Below, in pieces: positions 13,586-26,864 of a stretch of 64,000 nt of DNA. Within the stretch, counting starts at the first letter, position 1. Each line of letters begins with the position of its first letter. The position numbers and the translations under genes are program-made. The notes below the pieces were generated by a model. The model did no database searches and was not told the DNA's origin. It worked only from the letters and a program-made list of their open reading frames with translations. The stretch is from Negaprion brevirostris (lineage: Eukaryota), in assembly GCA_030324005.1 (NCBI GenBank), contig JARDVH010000025.1, positions 83,545,693-83,609,692 of the forward strand, given 5' to 3'.

Positions 13586-14305
13586 AATCATAGAACCACA
13601 GCGCAGAAGAGGCCCATCGAGTCCATATTGACACATTAGAAACATCTGAACTTTGACCTAATCCCATCTGCCAGCACTTGGCCCATAGCCCTGAATGTTA
13701 TGATGTGTCAAGTGCTCATCCAGGTACTTTTTAAAGGGTGTGAGGGAACCCACCTCTATCACTTTCCCAGGCAGTGCATTCCAGGTGGTCACCACTCTTT
13801 GGATAAAAAAGCTTTTCTTCATTTCCCCCCGCCTTTAACCTCCTGCCCCTTGAACCTGTGTCCCCTTGTGACTGACCCTTCAGCTAAGGGGAACAGCTGC
13901 TCCTTATCCACTCTGCCCCTGTTTCTCATAATCTTGTACACCTCGATCAGGTCACCCCTCAGTCTTCTCTGCTCCAACGAAAACAACCCAAGCCTACCCA
14001 ACTCTTCATAACTTAAATGTTCCAGGCAGCAACCTGGTGAATCTCCTCTGCACCCTCTCCAGTGCAATCACATCCTTCCTATAATGTGGTGACCAGAACT
14101 GCACACAGTACTCCAGCTGTGGCCTCACCAAAGTCCTATACAACTCCAACTTGACTTGCATGCTTTTGTCATCTGTGCCTCAACTGATAAAGGCATGTGT
14201 CCCATATGTCTTTTCACCACCCTACTAACATGCCTTTCCGCTTTCAGAGATCTACGGATAAACACGCCAAGGAGTGTTTTGTTCTATAGAACTTCCTAGT
14301 GTCCT
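13586..14305 (-). mobile_element. CR1/HER1 LINE 3' portion
   Basis: LGLFSLEQRRLRGDLIEVYKIM...SVTRGHRFK, plus 3' tail. Confidence 0.9.
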
Positions 14306-14974
14306 AAACTGGATATCCTACCCATTCATCTTAATGGTCAGAAAATCAAAGCTAGTCCTACCAAAGAACAACTGCTTTTATATAGCACCTTTAACTCAGT
14401 CTTCAGAATTTCACTGTTTGATGAATTGTACCATCCTCCAGTATAGTTTAATGACAAGTAACTATGTTGCACTGATTAAGGGTGCGTCATCTCAGCAGGA
14501 GAAAGGCACTCCTTCCACCCCCTTAACACTAACAAAGCAAACTCTTCACCTTGAATGAAGTCTGGGACTCACCAGTTTGATCTAACATTGGAAATGTGGA
14601 ACATACATACCTTCTGAAGTTGATTGATGGTAGGTGTCCATAATCCAAGATGCAGCATGTTTAGCAAATTGGAAGTGTTTTATCTGTGCCCCGAACAAGT
14701 ATAGCTATGAAGTGATTAGTCCACATTGACGGAGAGTAGTCAAATCTTACTGATCTGGATTTTACTGAGATGTTCCTTCTCAAACCAAGGGGAGAGAAAC
14801 ATGGAACAGCGACTCCCTGAATTCATGTGGGATGGGGGGGGGTTACATCACAAGTTTGCTGGTTATTAGCATTTCAGCATCAAAAACCTATTATGCACAA
14901 AGCGTTCTAGTGTCACAATTATTCTAGCGGGGTCATGGTGTTGATGCACTGTTGCTCAACAAGTGTCCTTGCAT

Positions 14975-15110
14975 CAAAAACAGGAAATTCTAGGAACTTT
15001 AAGCAAGTCAGGCAACATCTGTATTGAGGACTGACAAGTTAACCTGACACGTATGGACACTTCATCAGAATAGGTTCCAGTATCACTCCAGCATCCACAG
15101 TATTTTGATT
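14975..15110. mobile_element. Penelope-like remnant (family B), degraded
   Basis: gcaagtcaggcaacatctgt and ccagcatccacagtattttg arms; cttcatcag is a hammerhead core CUGAUGAAG on the - strand without GAAA. Confidence 0.5.
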
Positions 15111-15186
15111 TAAGTTTAGTTTTCTCTGCATCAACAGTGTAGTTAAACTCTGCTGTGACTTCAAATGTTCCTCCCAGCTTCCCCAC

Positions 15187-15617
15187 TTATTGTCACAAGT
15201 AGCTAGTGATGAATCTGGCTAAGTTAGGGGTTCCACTCACATACACACAGGGCAGGGTAGGTGTAGGAGGATGTGGCGGCGCGGGCTCGTTGGGCCGAAG
15301 GGCCTGTTTCCCGTGCTGGGCTGTTCTTTGTTCTTTGAATAGGCTTACATCAACACTACAATGAAATTACTGAAAATCCCTTAGTCACCACACCCCGGCG
15401 CCTGTTCGGGTATGCTGATGGAGAGTTTAGCATGGCCAGTGTACCTAACCAGCATGTCTTTCAGATTGTGGGAGGAAACCGGAGCACCCAAAAGAAACCC
15501 ATGCAGACACATGGAGAACGTATAGACTCCGTATAGGCAGTGACTCAAGCCAGGAGTCAAACCCGGGTTCCTGGTGCTGTGAAGCAACAGAGCTAACTAC
15601 TGTGCCACCATGCTGCC
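15187..15617 (-). mobile_element. HE1-like V-SINE with alternative 3' tail; + strand CR1 3' end nested at about 15262-15337
   Basis: Head/V-domain reverse complement gtgggaggaaaccggagcaccc...aaacccatgcagacac; tail ttattgtcacaagtag/gcttacatcaacactacaatgaa; nested gggccgaagggcctgtt...ttctttgttctttg. Confidence 0.85.
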
Positions 15618-18600
15618 TTTAATTGTTTAAACAATTTAAATTTTTAATGAGTAACAGAAATCTCAAAATTGAGGAAATGAACATTCACTGCAGGTGGTGG
15701 AATGGGAGAAGGCCATTTCAGGTGAAGGAAATGGCTGACTGGTGAGCAATGCTAAAAGGAGGCTGTACTTTCAATATTCCATGTTCAGTGAGTTTGCAGA
15801 GGCTAGAGTAGAGATGCTACCAATCCACTCATGTCAGTCTCTAAACGCAGTAAGATCTTTTGAAGGAATCACAAAGCCATCTGGGGTGAAGGATTCTACA
15901 GAGAAGTGTTTTATCGAGGACTGAATTTAACTATTCCAATCTGTGTCTGAACACTTCCTTTTGTTATTGGCATTAGATATTAATGTTTGTACTGGAATTC
16001 AGTTGCACTCCATATTTTGTCTTGTATTTGGCTCTTGGAAATATAGCTAAAGATTGGGGAAAAAAATTAACTTTAGTAGTATGTAACATTAATTGTGGTT
16101 GGAAATATTGGTCTAATACTTAGCATTTGATGACTATATTGTGCTGTGTTCTATGAACAGTATATCTTAATTTATAAATAGTAAGTTAAATAGAAAGAAG
16201 TGTTACATTGCATGCAGTGTACATATTTGAAAAATCATGAAAGGAAGTGTGCACATCTTTAGTTTGCAAGTTCTATTTGAGAACGTATCCATTTGTCAAG
16301 GCTGTCCTGAATATAGCACTGCAGGTTTTGGATGGGTTAAATGATTTTTTGGGAAGATGCCAAGCATAGGATTGATTTTTGTAAGACCAATGTCATTGCT
16401 GCTAAACTGATATTTCTCATCCAGTGGAATACGGATAAACTGATTTGGAAAATTGAATTCTTTCATTGCTCAAATGCACTTTATGGTGAATTTATATTTT
16501 CTATGGAATTATCTTCAGGGTAACATCATGAACTCAAGAATAGCATGGTAGATTGCAATAAAGAAGAATGAAATGTAATAGAGTGAAAGTGAAATGGTGT
16601 GTTTTGTTATTACAGCAACTCATTGTACTGTGTTACTGCAGGTGAAATTACTCTTGTACATGTTATTCTTATATACCAGAGTACAATTATCCTGCTATGA
16701 ATTGTAGTTTGCTGTTATGTTGATATTACCATGTTTGATTTTTCTTATCACGTAAGTGATATATCTTTACAAGCTACAATGAATACCTTTTCCCTATATT
16801 CCTGGCATGGAAACCCACCTTTTACATTCTAGCAGCTCAGCACCAAGCATTGAGAGGCTGAACAAGTGACCTTTTCCCAAGATGCTGCCAGCTGCTGCTC
16901 TGCAACTGATATGGGAAGTATGAAAAATTAGCACTGCTTGTTTTCCAGTTTTTAACAGTTGCCATTGACCATATGGTAGCTCATTATTTGGAGAGAATAT
17001 AAAGAAAGTTAGATGAGTACAGGCTATTTGACTTATTGATACATGAGTATTTCTTCTTGATATCGAGTTGTATTTTGAATAACCTCAATGTTTTTGCCTT
17101 TATTGTTTTCGTATGTTCTGGGGGAGAAACTTTCATGTCAATCTGTTCCAAATTTATTTTTTGTTCATTTTCATGTCTTGGTTTTTGTTAAATCAAAATT
17201 TAAACTCAGTGTTTTCATTGCCACTGTAACCTCAATGCTACTGTGACTAAGATGATCTAACTCATCAAACTAAGGATCAAAATTGAAATCTTGCTTTCTA
17301 CACTTCAGTGTACTCCAACATATAGTACTACTTCGTGATTTCCCCCACCCCCAGACCACCAGGAGATTCCTATATTTACATTTTCAAAGTACTTTTGAAG
17401 TAAGTATTTAACAGAAGAAATACTGTACATGAAATTTGAGATTGAAGCTACTTTTAAATTGAGTCACTACAAATAGATTACAATGAACATGCTGTCAGGC
17501 TATAGAAGAGTAGAGCTTTGAAAAAATATGTACAGCGGTGGCAATCTTTGAGACAGGGCCTTTCATTTGTGTTTTGTGACTAATATTGCTATTATTAGTT
17601 ATGCAGGCAGGCAGAGTAACATCAAAAGACTGTTTAGTTATTGGTCAACATGTTTGAAGTTGGCAACCTAGCACTGATAATGGATTGACGAACTGAAAAG
17701 AAATAAATCAAAAATAATTCAGCTTGACCTTGATCTCCACTTTTACCAGATGCTTCATATACTTATCACAGCAAAGGTTGCAGCTAGTTTTATAACTGCA
17801 GCCCACAGGTATCCAAGTCAGTGAAATAATATTTCTTCTCCCAGGGCCTAGCATGCTGCAAGTAGGTCTTGAGGATCTTGAATTTTATATTTCCTTTTTT
17901 TGTATATTCCTGTATTGGTTGATTTGCCGGCACCTGCCTTGTCACTAACAGCAGTACTGTTGTTTGGGTCGTTAACAATGTTTTGGAAGTTAAAATATAA
18001 TTCCCTGGTTATGTGACAAAATTTCCAGGGGCTGTCCTCGCAGAGAAAGTTGCAAATCAGGGATTAATGCAATCTGTTCTTGTGTTTCCCTATTTGTTTG
18101 TAAGATTTCTTTCCTGACGGTTAGCCCACATTTGTTATAGCTGATTCTTACCTTTGGCAGACCCATCTACATTGAATGGAAGCCCTGAAAGTACTCGGGG
18201 TTTTTTTGAATGTGGCCCTTCATTGTTTTTGACCCAATACACAAAAACCAATACACATTATGAGTTGATGTACCACAAACCTAAAGTTTGACTGCTGCGG
18301 CCTCCATTCATTCTTTCTTTTGAGTTGATATTAATCATTGCAATCCCCTTCCCTACACACTTTTTTTTTATTCAGAGGGAAGGAGAGGGAGCTAACAGGA
18401 AATCACAGTGCATAACATGTTGATGGAATATTTAAAACTCTTGTACTCATTGTGAGAGCAACCTCTGGGGAAACCTGACNNNNNNNNNNNNNNNNNNNNN
18501 NNNNNNNNNNNNNNNNNNNNNNNNNNNNNNNCAACTGTTGAACCTTTATCTGCAGATTAGGGATACTGTCCTTTTATAAGTCTGTTATGGTTTCAAGTCC

Positions 18601-19182
18601 TTGATTACAGACTGTTCTCTTGAGCTATCAAAACATTCACCACTTGGTTACAGATGCCCACGCTTGGCAATTCCACCATTTTGTGCTTAATCTTTCAAAG
18701 TCCAAGCTTCAGTGCTTTACATTCTGGTGGAAATTAAATTTTTAACTCCATTTGCCGCAAAATGCTTCCTCTTTACATGCAAACGTTCAGGAATGCAGCC
18801 TGATCGGATTCTTTCAAAACTTTTATTGCACTAAGATGCCACCAAGTTTTCTATGTTGGAATGAATGATATAGGTATTCCAAGGTCCTTCAGAGAAACTT
18901 TGGCAGATGGCTAGATAAAAGTTGCAAGTATGTGCAATTGAGGGGTGCTTCTTGATGTTTAGTCAATGATTTTTGTAAAATTGTATAATCGTGTAGTTAG
19001 AGGTTTAGTACAGAAGGAATTTGTTAGGTTGAAAAGTGTGCTGATTCTTTGACAAGATATATTTAAGAGTATACCAAAGTATATAGGGACTAAAGAATTG
19101 TACTCAAGTTCTTTATATAAACCAAATGCCGGTAGTACACATCAACAATTTAAAAAGAGAAAAACAAGGTAATGTCTTGTGT

Positions 19183-19301
19183 GGGGAATTTTCACAGTAA
19201 CATAATGGCAGTATTGATATAGCCTACTTGTGACAGAAATGAATAAAAGTTTATTTATTGTCACAAGTAGGTTTACATTAACACAGCAATGAAGTTACTG
19301 A
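19183..19301. repeat. Tail-to-tail inverted pair of SINE/LINE 3' tails
   Basis: cctacttgtgaca (19223-19235) and tgtcacaagtagg (19259-19271) are perfect reverse complements; outer cagtaac/gttactg also pair. Confidence 0.75.
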
Positions 19302-19427
19302 ATATAGCTAAGTAAGGTAGTAAAAACGGATAAGAAAGATGGATGGAAAGAAGTTGCAATGTGGGTGGAGGAAAAAGACATAGAGACAAGGGGGGCATTA
19401 AAGTTTAAATTGAATAATATTAGTGGT

Positions 19428-20530
19428 CATACAAGTCTTAGAGCTTTACAGCATGGAAACAGGCCCTTCGGCCCAACCTGTTCATACCTCCCCTTCTTTA
19501 AAACCCCTAAGCTAGTCCCAATTGCCCGTGTTTGGCCCATATCCATGTTACCCATGGATATGGCCCATATCTAAACACTTTTTAAAAGATAAAATTGTAC
19601 CTGCCTTGACTACTACCTCTGGCAGCTTGTTCCAGACACCACCCTCTGTTAAAAAAAATTGCCCCTCTGGATTCTTTTGTATCTCTCTCCTCACACTTTA
19701 AACCTATGCCCTCTAGTTTTAGACTCCCCTACTTTTGGGAAAAGATATTGACTATCTAGCTGATCTATGCCCCTCATTATTTTAATAGACCTCTATAAGA
19801 TCACCCCTCAGCCTCCTACGCTCCAGAGAAAAAAGTCCCAGTCTATCCAGCCTCTCCTTATNNNNNNNNNNNNNNNNNNNNNNNNNNNNNNNNNNNNNNN
19901 NNNNNNNNNNNNNNNNNNNNNNNNNNNNNNNNNNNNNNNNNNNNNNNNNNNNNNNNNNNNNTGACTATCTAGCTGATCTATGCCCCTCATTATTTTATAG
20001 ACCTCTATAAGATCACCTCTAAGCCTCCTATCCTCCAGAGGAAAGGAGTTCCAGTCTATCCAGCCTCTCCTTATAACTCAAGCCATCAAGTCCTGGTAGC
20101 AACCTAGTAAATCTTTTCTGCACTTTTTTTTATTTTAATAATATCCTTTCTATAATAGGATGACCTAAACTGTACACAGTATTCCAAGTGTGGCCTTACC
20201 AATGTCTAGTACAACTTCAAGAAGACATCCCAACTCCTGTATTCAATGTTCTGACCAATGAAACCAAGCATGCCGAATGCCGCCTTCACCACTCTGTCCA
20301 CCTGTGGCTCCATTTTCAAGGAGCTATGAACCAGTATCCTTAGTTCTCTTTGTTCTGTAACTCTTCCCACCCCCTTTCATTAACTGAGTAAGTCCTGCCC
20401 TGGTTCAGTCAACCAAAATGCATTACCACATATTTATCTAAATTAAACTCCATCTGCCGTTCACTAGCCCACTGGCCCAATTGGTCAAGATCCTGTTGCA
20501 ATCCTAGATAACCTTCTCCACTTTGCCACC
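19428..20530 (-). mobile_element. CR1/HER1 LINE 3' portion, gap-interrupted
   Basis: 3' tail acagcatggaaacaggcccttcggccc; reverse-complement RT motifs (YKTLVRPHLEYCVQF). Confidence 0.9.
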
Positions 20531-21682
20531 AATCTTGGTCCTTCACAGAGCTTCCCCAACTGTTTTCCTTTGAGCACAATCAGCGATCCAGAACAAATGC
20601 ACCAGTTTTGTGACGTGAATTTCTTGCTTGAATTTCCCCTCAAGCTCATTTGTCTAATGCCAGATATAAAATCTTGCATAAGCTGTGTTAATTGTGGAGC
20701 ATTTTAGAGCTTTTTTTAATAGAAATTTTAAAATTCCTTGATATATTTAAGAATGGTGACCTGGCATAGTTTTATCCATAAAACTGGGTTTATTATAATT
20801 ATTTAATTTATTAATTTATTATAATGGGTTTATTATAAGAAATATGCATTTTCAGTCTGTGCCTAGCCACTTACCTCTAACCCTGCAGTGTCTTGAGTGA
20901 TTGGCAATAACCAATTTGAGTAACAAAGGACTATTATAGTAATATTAACTGTATACTAGAGTGCTAGTACATGCTCCCATCTACTCTGGCACTCAGCCCC
21001 ATCCTACCCGGAGAAAGCCTGGCCTCAGCACAGATTTGTATGTTCCAGCAAGATTGACCAGTTAGGTCACATGACCCTCATCCTTCAAGGGACCATCTAC
21101 TATAAATTTGATACTTGAATAACTGAAAAGGACTGTACAAAACTATACAGAACCATTTCTTAGTTGCAATGATGTCCGGTAGCCATTTTCATGTTAAATT
21201 AAACAATATTTAAATTTTTTTTAGTGTCTTTACATTGGAGGAAAGAAAGCTTAATTTTAAGAGCCTCTTTGAAGGACAACGGGTGCAATTATTGAAAGCT
21301 CTCCAGTGGGGTCATTTAATCTGGGGCCATTACAAGATTTGTGGGTGAGGCCAACTTCCAGTGAGATGAATTTTAAATTTGCTCAAAGTTGCAGAAGCTC
21401 AGTTTGCACTGAATGCAATTTGCATTTGAAATTTATGACATTTTGCACTAAATTTACTCATTTTTGGGCAAGTTGTGCTGGAAGTACCAGTGCAGCCAAG
21501 TGGAAACTCCAGGCCCTTATGAAGAAATTGATTTTGGCAACAGAAGAGGTAATGACAAAGGAATACTTAATAAGAATGAAAATAGCATAAGAAAGTAAAA
21601 AAGGACAATGCTGAAAACGCTCAGCAGTTTTGGCAGCATCTGTGGAGATAAATTTCGTCAGACAGTTACAAACTGAAACATT

Positions 21683-22636
21683 GGGCTGGATTTTACCCTC
21701 CCTGTAGATCTATTTCAATGCACATGCTCGTAAACTCAATTGCCTTCTCACTGCCTTCCTACCATCCCTAACCTCATATTGCATTCGGCAGCAAAGATGT
21801 CAGGCAATATACCCACCCTTCTTGAAGCCATTTTAGGGACAACTTCAGCCTCTGTTGCTATTTTTCCGCAGCAAGGGAAGGTGCAAATAAGATGGAGGGC
21901 GTGGCAGCTTACCATGTGGGCTGGTGATAGGCAAGAGACACTCATTTGGGGAGGGTCCCTTTGCCCATAAATGATACCCCCGATCATATCCCACAGCCCT
22001 CCCTGGGATTTTCAAATTGGCCTTCACCCAACTTGCTGGGGTATGCCAGTCGCATCCATGAATAATCCCAAACTTTCATAGAATCCCTCCAGTGTAGAAG
22101 GAGGCCATCTGGCCCATTGAGTCTGCACTGACCACAATCCCGTCCAAGCCCTACTCCCACAACCCTACATATTTACCCTGCTAATCTGCCTGACACTAGG
22201 TCAACTTAGCATGGCCAATCAACCTAACCCCCACATCTTTGGACTGTGGAAGGAAATCAGAGCATCTGGAGAAGACCCATGCAGACATGGGGAGAATGTG
22301 GAAACTCCACACCGAGGCCGGAATGGAACCTGGGTCACTGGCACTATGAGACAGCAGTGCTAGCCACTATACTGCCCCATACAAAGTCCAAGCCCCTTTA
22401 CTTTGGAACTACCTGTAATCTCAGCAGTGGCCGCCGCTCAAACCCAGCGCTGCTAACTCTACAGAACTTTGTCAATCCTCCTGGTTATGGGACAGGAGTC
22501 TCACCCTGAAACAATTAAGGTTGTTAGCAGTGTAAAATGACTACTGGATAACTGGCTTTTGGGTGGGCAGGTTCACAACTAACTTTTTCAGTCCTGAGTG
22601 GTTTGAGGGAGGGAAACACCCTGTAAATTCCAGCCC
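21683..22636. mobile_element. PIF/Harbinger-like MITE
   Basis: TIRs gggctggattttac (21683-21696) and gtaaattccagccc (22623-22636), 13/14 match; 3-bp flanks ATT/TTT. Confidence 0.75.
22076..22378 (-). mobile_element. HE1 SINE (HER1-type tail) nested in the MITE
   Basis: tcatagaatccctccagtgtagaaggaggccat tail; V-domain ttagcatggccaatc...cccatgcagacatggggagaatg; tRNA-like head. Confidence 0.9.
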
Positions 22637-23039
22637 TTTAATTCTCTTTCGCTCTCCACAAATACTGCCTGACCTGCTGAGTATTTCTAGCATCTTTTGT
22701 TCTTATTTCAGATTTCCAGCATCTGCAGTATTTTGCTTTGTTTCTGTTAATATAAGAGATGAAGTGAAGGACCTGAAGGGATGAATGGAATTATAAGGTC
22801 AATGCTTAATAAAAATAGTTAAGATAAAAGGTTCAATATTAATTTCATATAGCTGGGTTGAAATGTTTAGAATGAATCGGTGGAATTCCAGAGGTAGGAC
22901 AGAGGAAGAAATAGTTTTACCAAATGAGAGAAACTTTGGATCTCAAGTTTCAATGTGGTTTGAGAGAAAATGTGACAGCATATTTTCCTATTCACTTTTC
23001 TCTCATGCACTCAACTCAGTTATTTGCCTCACCCACAGT

Positions 23040-23330
23040 GGTAATGAGATTGAATTCTAACAATTGAGTGATTTTTTTTATTTTTCCTTCCAGTGTGCAC
23101 TACCTCACATTTATCTATATTAATGTTTATTTGCCACTTATTTACCCAGTCCTCCCAAGTTTCATTATGTTGCGTTCTTCTTCAGCATTAGCTACTAAAT
23201 TTGTAGCATCTGAAAATTTTAATGTTGAGTTACTTGTTTCTAAGTCCAAATTATTAAGGTAAATTATGAATCATAGTAACCCCACCACCGATTATTTCTA
23301 CCTTCCTCCAATCTAATTAACCACCCTTTA
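23040..23330 (-). mobile_element. Old CR1 RT fragment
   Basis: aaatttgtagcatctgaaaattt is the reverse complement of KFSDATNL (KFADDTK-like). Confidence 0.5.
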
Positions 23331-23384
23331 TTACCATGTAAAGGAGGGGGGATTGGAGGGGGGAGTGGCCATCAGTTACTAGTG

Positions 23385-23702
23385 ATTGATGGTACAGAGT
23401 ACTCAGTCCTGCAGATCAGGAAGGTGCCAGAGTGTGATCATTATGCTGAGGTGGTAGATTTCAATTGCACCGCTGACAGGGACATTCCACATTAACCTTA
23501 TGGTCCCTAGGCAAAAGAGAAGATTAATCATCCAGTGGTTGAATTCCTGCTTGCCATCCAGTCAATCTTTCTTGCAACCGTAACATGTGGGATGGAGATG
23601 AGATTGGGATAGCTTGGATTTATAGCTTGCCGGCCCTCATCGAGCTGTGAGCTGATAAAATTCATCCGGTGGAGGTCAGGAAACTGAAATGGAAGCTAGT
23701 GC
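23385..23702 (+). mobile_element. Ancient tRNA-derived SINE (AmnSINE2/LF-SINE-like), highly diverged
   Basis: cagatcaggaaggtgccag...tgctgagg...ccctagg...atccagt motif order recalled from an old gnathostome SINE; not verified. Confidence 0.4.
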
Positions 23703-24667
23703 ATGTGTTTCTACTTGACTCTTAATNNNNNNNNNNNNNNCACCAGTGCTGCTTATCTGCCCCCGATCTTCAGTTCTTTGTGCCAGTTGTGTGGGCCACA
23801 TAATAATGACTTTTGTCCCTGCCATTTGGCAGTCTATAATTATTATTGGCACAGACATAACTGCTGAATCCAGTGTTCTTTAGTCAACAGGAAAACACAT
23901 TTTGAAAGTAAATGAAAGAGCAACACACTGTCATCAGTGTGATATCCTGCAATATTCTGTCCTTTCATAAAGTAATTTCAAAAGTATTCAGTACTCATCA
24001 AAAAACTCTGTTTCACGACAAAAACACACAGTGGCAAGCTAACATCAGAGCATAATTGACATATCCAAAACTGTTTGGTGTTCTTTACACAAGGTACTGT
24101 TTTTAAATTCCAGCAGATAGTCTTTTGTAACCTTGTTCCAAAATTCTGTAATAATCTTGAGAACGTGACCGAATAAAGGTACAATAAATGTCACGTGGAA
24201 AACAGTCTGTTATTTTTCAAATACCAATCTTTCTGTATATTTCATTCAAGTTAGAATATATCCTCAGGTTGGGATTTTATAAACTAACAGTGCTCGTAAA
24301 ATTGGTGCGATTTCTATGCACATTGAGCTGAAGTTCATGTTAGACTGAAGGAATGAATTAATTGGGATACATATAGCCCTTTTGAGCAATAGACCCTTCT
24401 AAGGACTCTTCAGTTTGATCTATTGAAGGATGTCATAGACTTTGGAACTTTTCTACTTCAAAAGTCAAATGACACTTTTAAGATGTTTTTTCTAAAATAA
24501 CCCAGTGTTACTTGATAATGATCAGTTGCAGGAAAATACCATTTCCTAATGGAAGTATTAATAAGTCATGAAAGAAATGTGCATTTTGCACAATTAGAGT
24601 GCTGTTGATTCACTCAGCAACATAATTAATAAACTCTACTAGTTGTTTCTTAACTGGCAGCAAATCC

Positions 24668-25430
24668 TGTTTCCCCCATTACCCCTGTGCTCACTGACCT
24701 ACAGTGGCTTCCAGTCAACGATCTCATTCTTGTTTCTATCTCTAATCTCTTCCAGCCCCACAACCCTCCAAGATATTGCTGAGGGACATATTCCCAATGT
24801 TTTTTGTCTTTCACTCATCAAATAAAGACCAGAATGCCAGATTTGGGGCGATCACAATGATTTATACCACAGGATCCCATTTTATGCAAATAAAGGAATA
24901 TGTTCAAGCCTTGTACCTTTTTTCAATTATCTGAAAGCGTAGGGAGGCCATCACTCCCCTTTGCTTTTCCACGGTAACACCTCATTGATTAGAATCATTT
25001 TGTCAGCAATCAGCTTTTTCCTTATTGGCAAATTGTTGTGATTGCTTGAAATTAGGCACGTTTTTGTGTGTCTTGATGAATACTAGATGAAAAACCTCTG
25101 CAATATGTCTCCCTTTTCGGCAATATTCAAGTTCTGAACTACCAACTCCAAGATATCTGTGCTCCTGTAATTCTGGCATCTTATACACCCCAATTTTAAT
25201 TGCACCACTGTGCTGGTTGTGCCTCCAGTTACCTAGGCCCCAAGCACTGGAAAACACTTTCTCCGCCTCACTTTCCTCCTGTAAAATACTCAAAACCTCC
25301 CTCCTGGACCCAACTTTTAGTCATTTATCTTAATATCTCCTAAACAAATTGAACTTATTTTATAATTTCCTATGAAGCATCTCGGAAAATTTTATTGTAT
25401 TAAAGGTCCTATGCAAATATAGTTGTGGTT
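24668..25430 (+). mobile_element. L2 LINE 3' end, split by a PLE insertion
   Basis: cccattacccctgtgctcactgacctacagtggcttcc (PITPVLTDLQWLP); resumes at 25146 with ctccaagatatctgtgctcc; L2-type tail ttaaaggtcctatgcaaatatagttg. Confidence 0.75.
24777..25145. mobile_element. Penelope-like non-autonomous element (family C) with inverted ends and degenerate hammerhead cores
   Basis: Direct repeat ctccaagatat at 24766-24776 and 25146-25156. TTGATGA-atactagat-GAAA at 25073-25092, with an inverted counterpart near 24800-24821. Confidence 0.65.
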
Positions 25431-26864
25431 TTGCAGACTTCAGCCAGTGAATTGTATCAAATTTAGCTGCTTTTGGAAGTCCTTTGCTCATTAATTGAAA
25501 GGTAAAATCTATTCTGTGAGTGATGTTTGTCTGTGATTTTTACATTTTTACTTCTTTATATATCAGGACAAAAGCAGTTATTATTTTTAACCTTAATGAT
25601 CTTGAAATGAAAGTCCACACATTTCACTGTCTGGAATGTGGGTTTGAAATTGTCCAAAATTTCGAACCTATCTGATCTTTCTTAATTTGAAACAACAATT
25701 AGGCTTCACTGTATTCCAGAAGTAGCCTCTTTTATTTTACATATGTTGCTAATTTTATATATTTGTATATATAACAGGAGAAAACATTTTTTAGATAATA
25801 CAATAAATTAGAATAATGTTGTTTAAAAGCCAAGTCTACTTATTTAGTGTTTAAAGCATGATGCACTGTCAAAAACAATATTCTAAAGTAATTGGAAAGA
25901 CTATTTTTTTAATCAGTCAGTTTTTATGTAAAACTGAAATAAAGCTGTGTGGAAGATGCTAGTAAGAAAAACAAATGTGGAGAATGACGTTGGCGGTGGT
26001 GGTGGGAGTGCTTGAATCAACAGCCTGCCCACCCACCATTATTGACTTGGGTAATATGCTGCCCGCACTGTATGGTGACTGAACTGGCCAGCTGAGCGGA
26101 ATGGGCAGAGTGGTTTTTTTTATGGCCCAGATTGAAAAGGGCAGGATGGGACTAGTTACCTCATCTGGAGGTTGCCCTTCATGGATCAAAGTGTCACCTG
26201 TCCTCTACATGCATCCAACGCTTTCCAAAATAATATTGTGCATTATTTTATGTTGATTAGTTTGTTAAATTGCATGATTAACACAGGCTGGAGCTGGACT
26301 CTGTTATGGGATCTATGTTATTGAGACTGACCAGATCACAGGACATGGCCATGTTAATGACATGTTGTAACAAACTAATTAGAAGTCCACAAAAATATTC
26401 AAAGCTGCCAAATTGGACAGTGTGTAGGCAAATTTATTCTTCATACTAAACAGTTAGTTAAAATGGCTGATGAAAATAGGGAGGAGTACTTTGTAGAACA
26501 AATTGAATTTCCTTGTACCCTACTTTCCACATCCATAATCAAGAGAATCAAAGAAAAAATAGTGCTAGCTAGCAATAAAGCGATAAGATGTGCAAATATT
26601 GTGGTGATTGTACCTTTGAGAGCAACACAGAAAAATAAGGATTACCTAGCCAGCCAGGACTCAGTGTCAAATCACCCCAAAATTAGAGAGACTCCTAGGC
26701 AGTGACATTCTGGGGGCTAGTTGCAGCTGCTGTGTAGTTCTTATAAATGAATATGTTTTTTGTTNNNNNNNNNNNNNNNNNNNNNNNNNNNNNNNNNNNN
26801 NNNNNNNNNNNNNNNNNNNNNNNNNNNNNNNNNNNNNNNNNNNNNNNNNNNNNNNNNNNNNNNN

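Larger units (their letters stand above)
21597..22740. mobile_element. Penelope-like remnant (family B) split by a MITE
   Basis: Left arm atgctgaaaacgctcagcagttttggcagcatctgtggaga (about 21610-21648) is inversely repeated by tctccacaaatactgcctgacctgctgagtatttctagcat (about 22653-22693). Confidence 0.7.

Noticed and set aside
19749-20073. Apparent ~110-bp tandem duplication across a 100-N gap (similar cases at 12022/12134 and 40805/40960)
   Set aside because: The duplicates sit exactly at contig ends, which is typical of unmerged overlap or mis-joined repeat copies.
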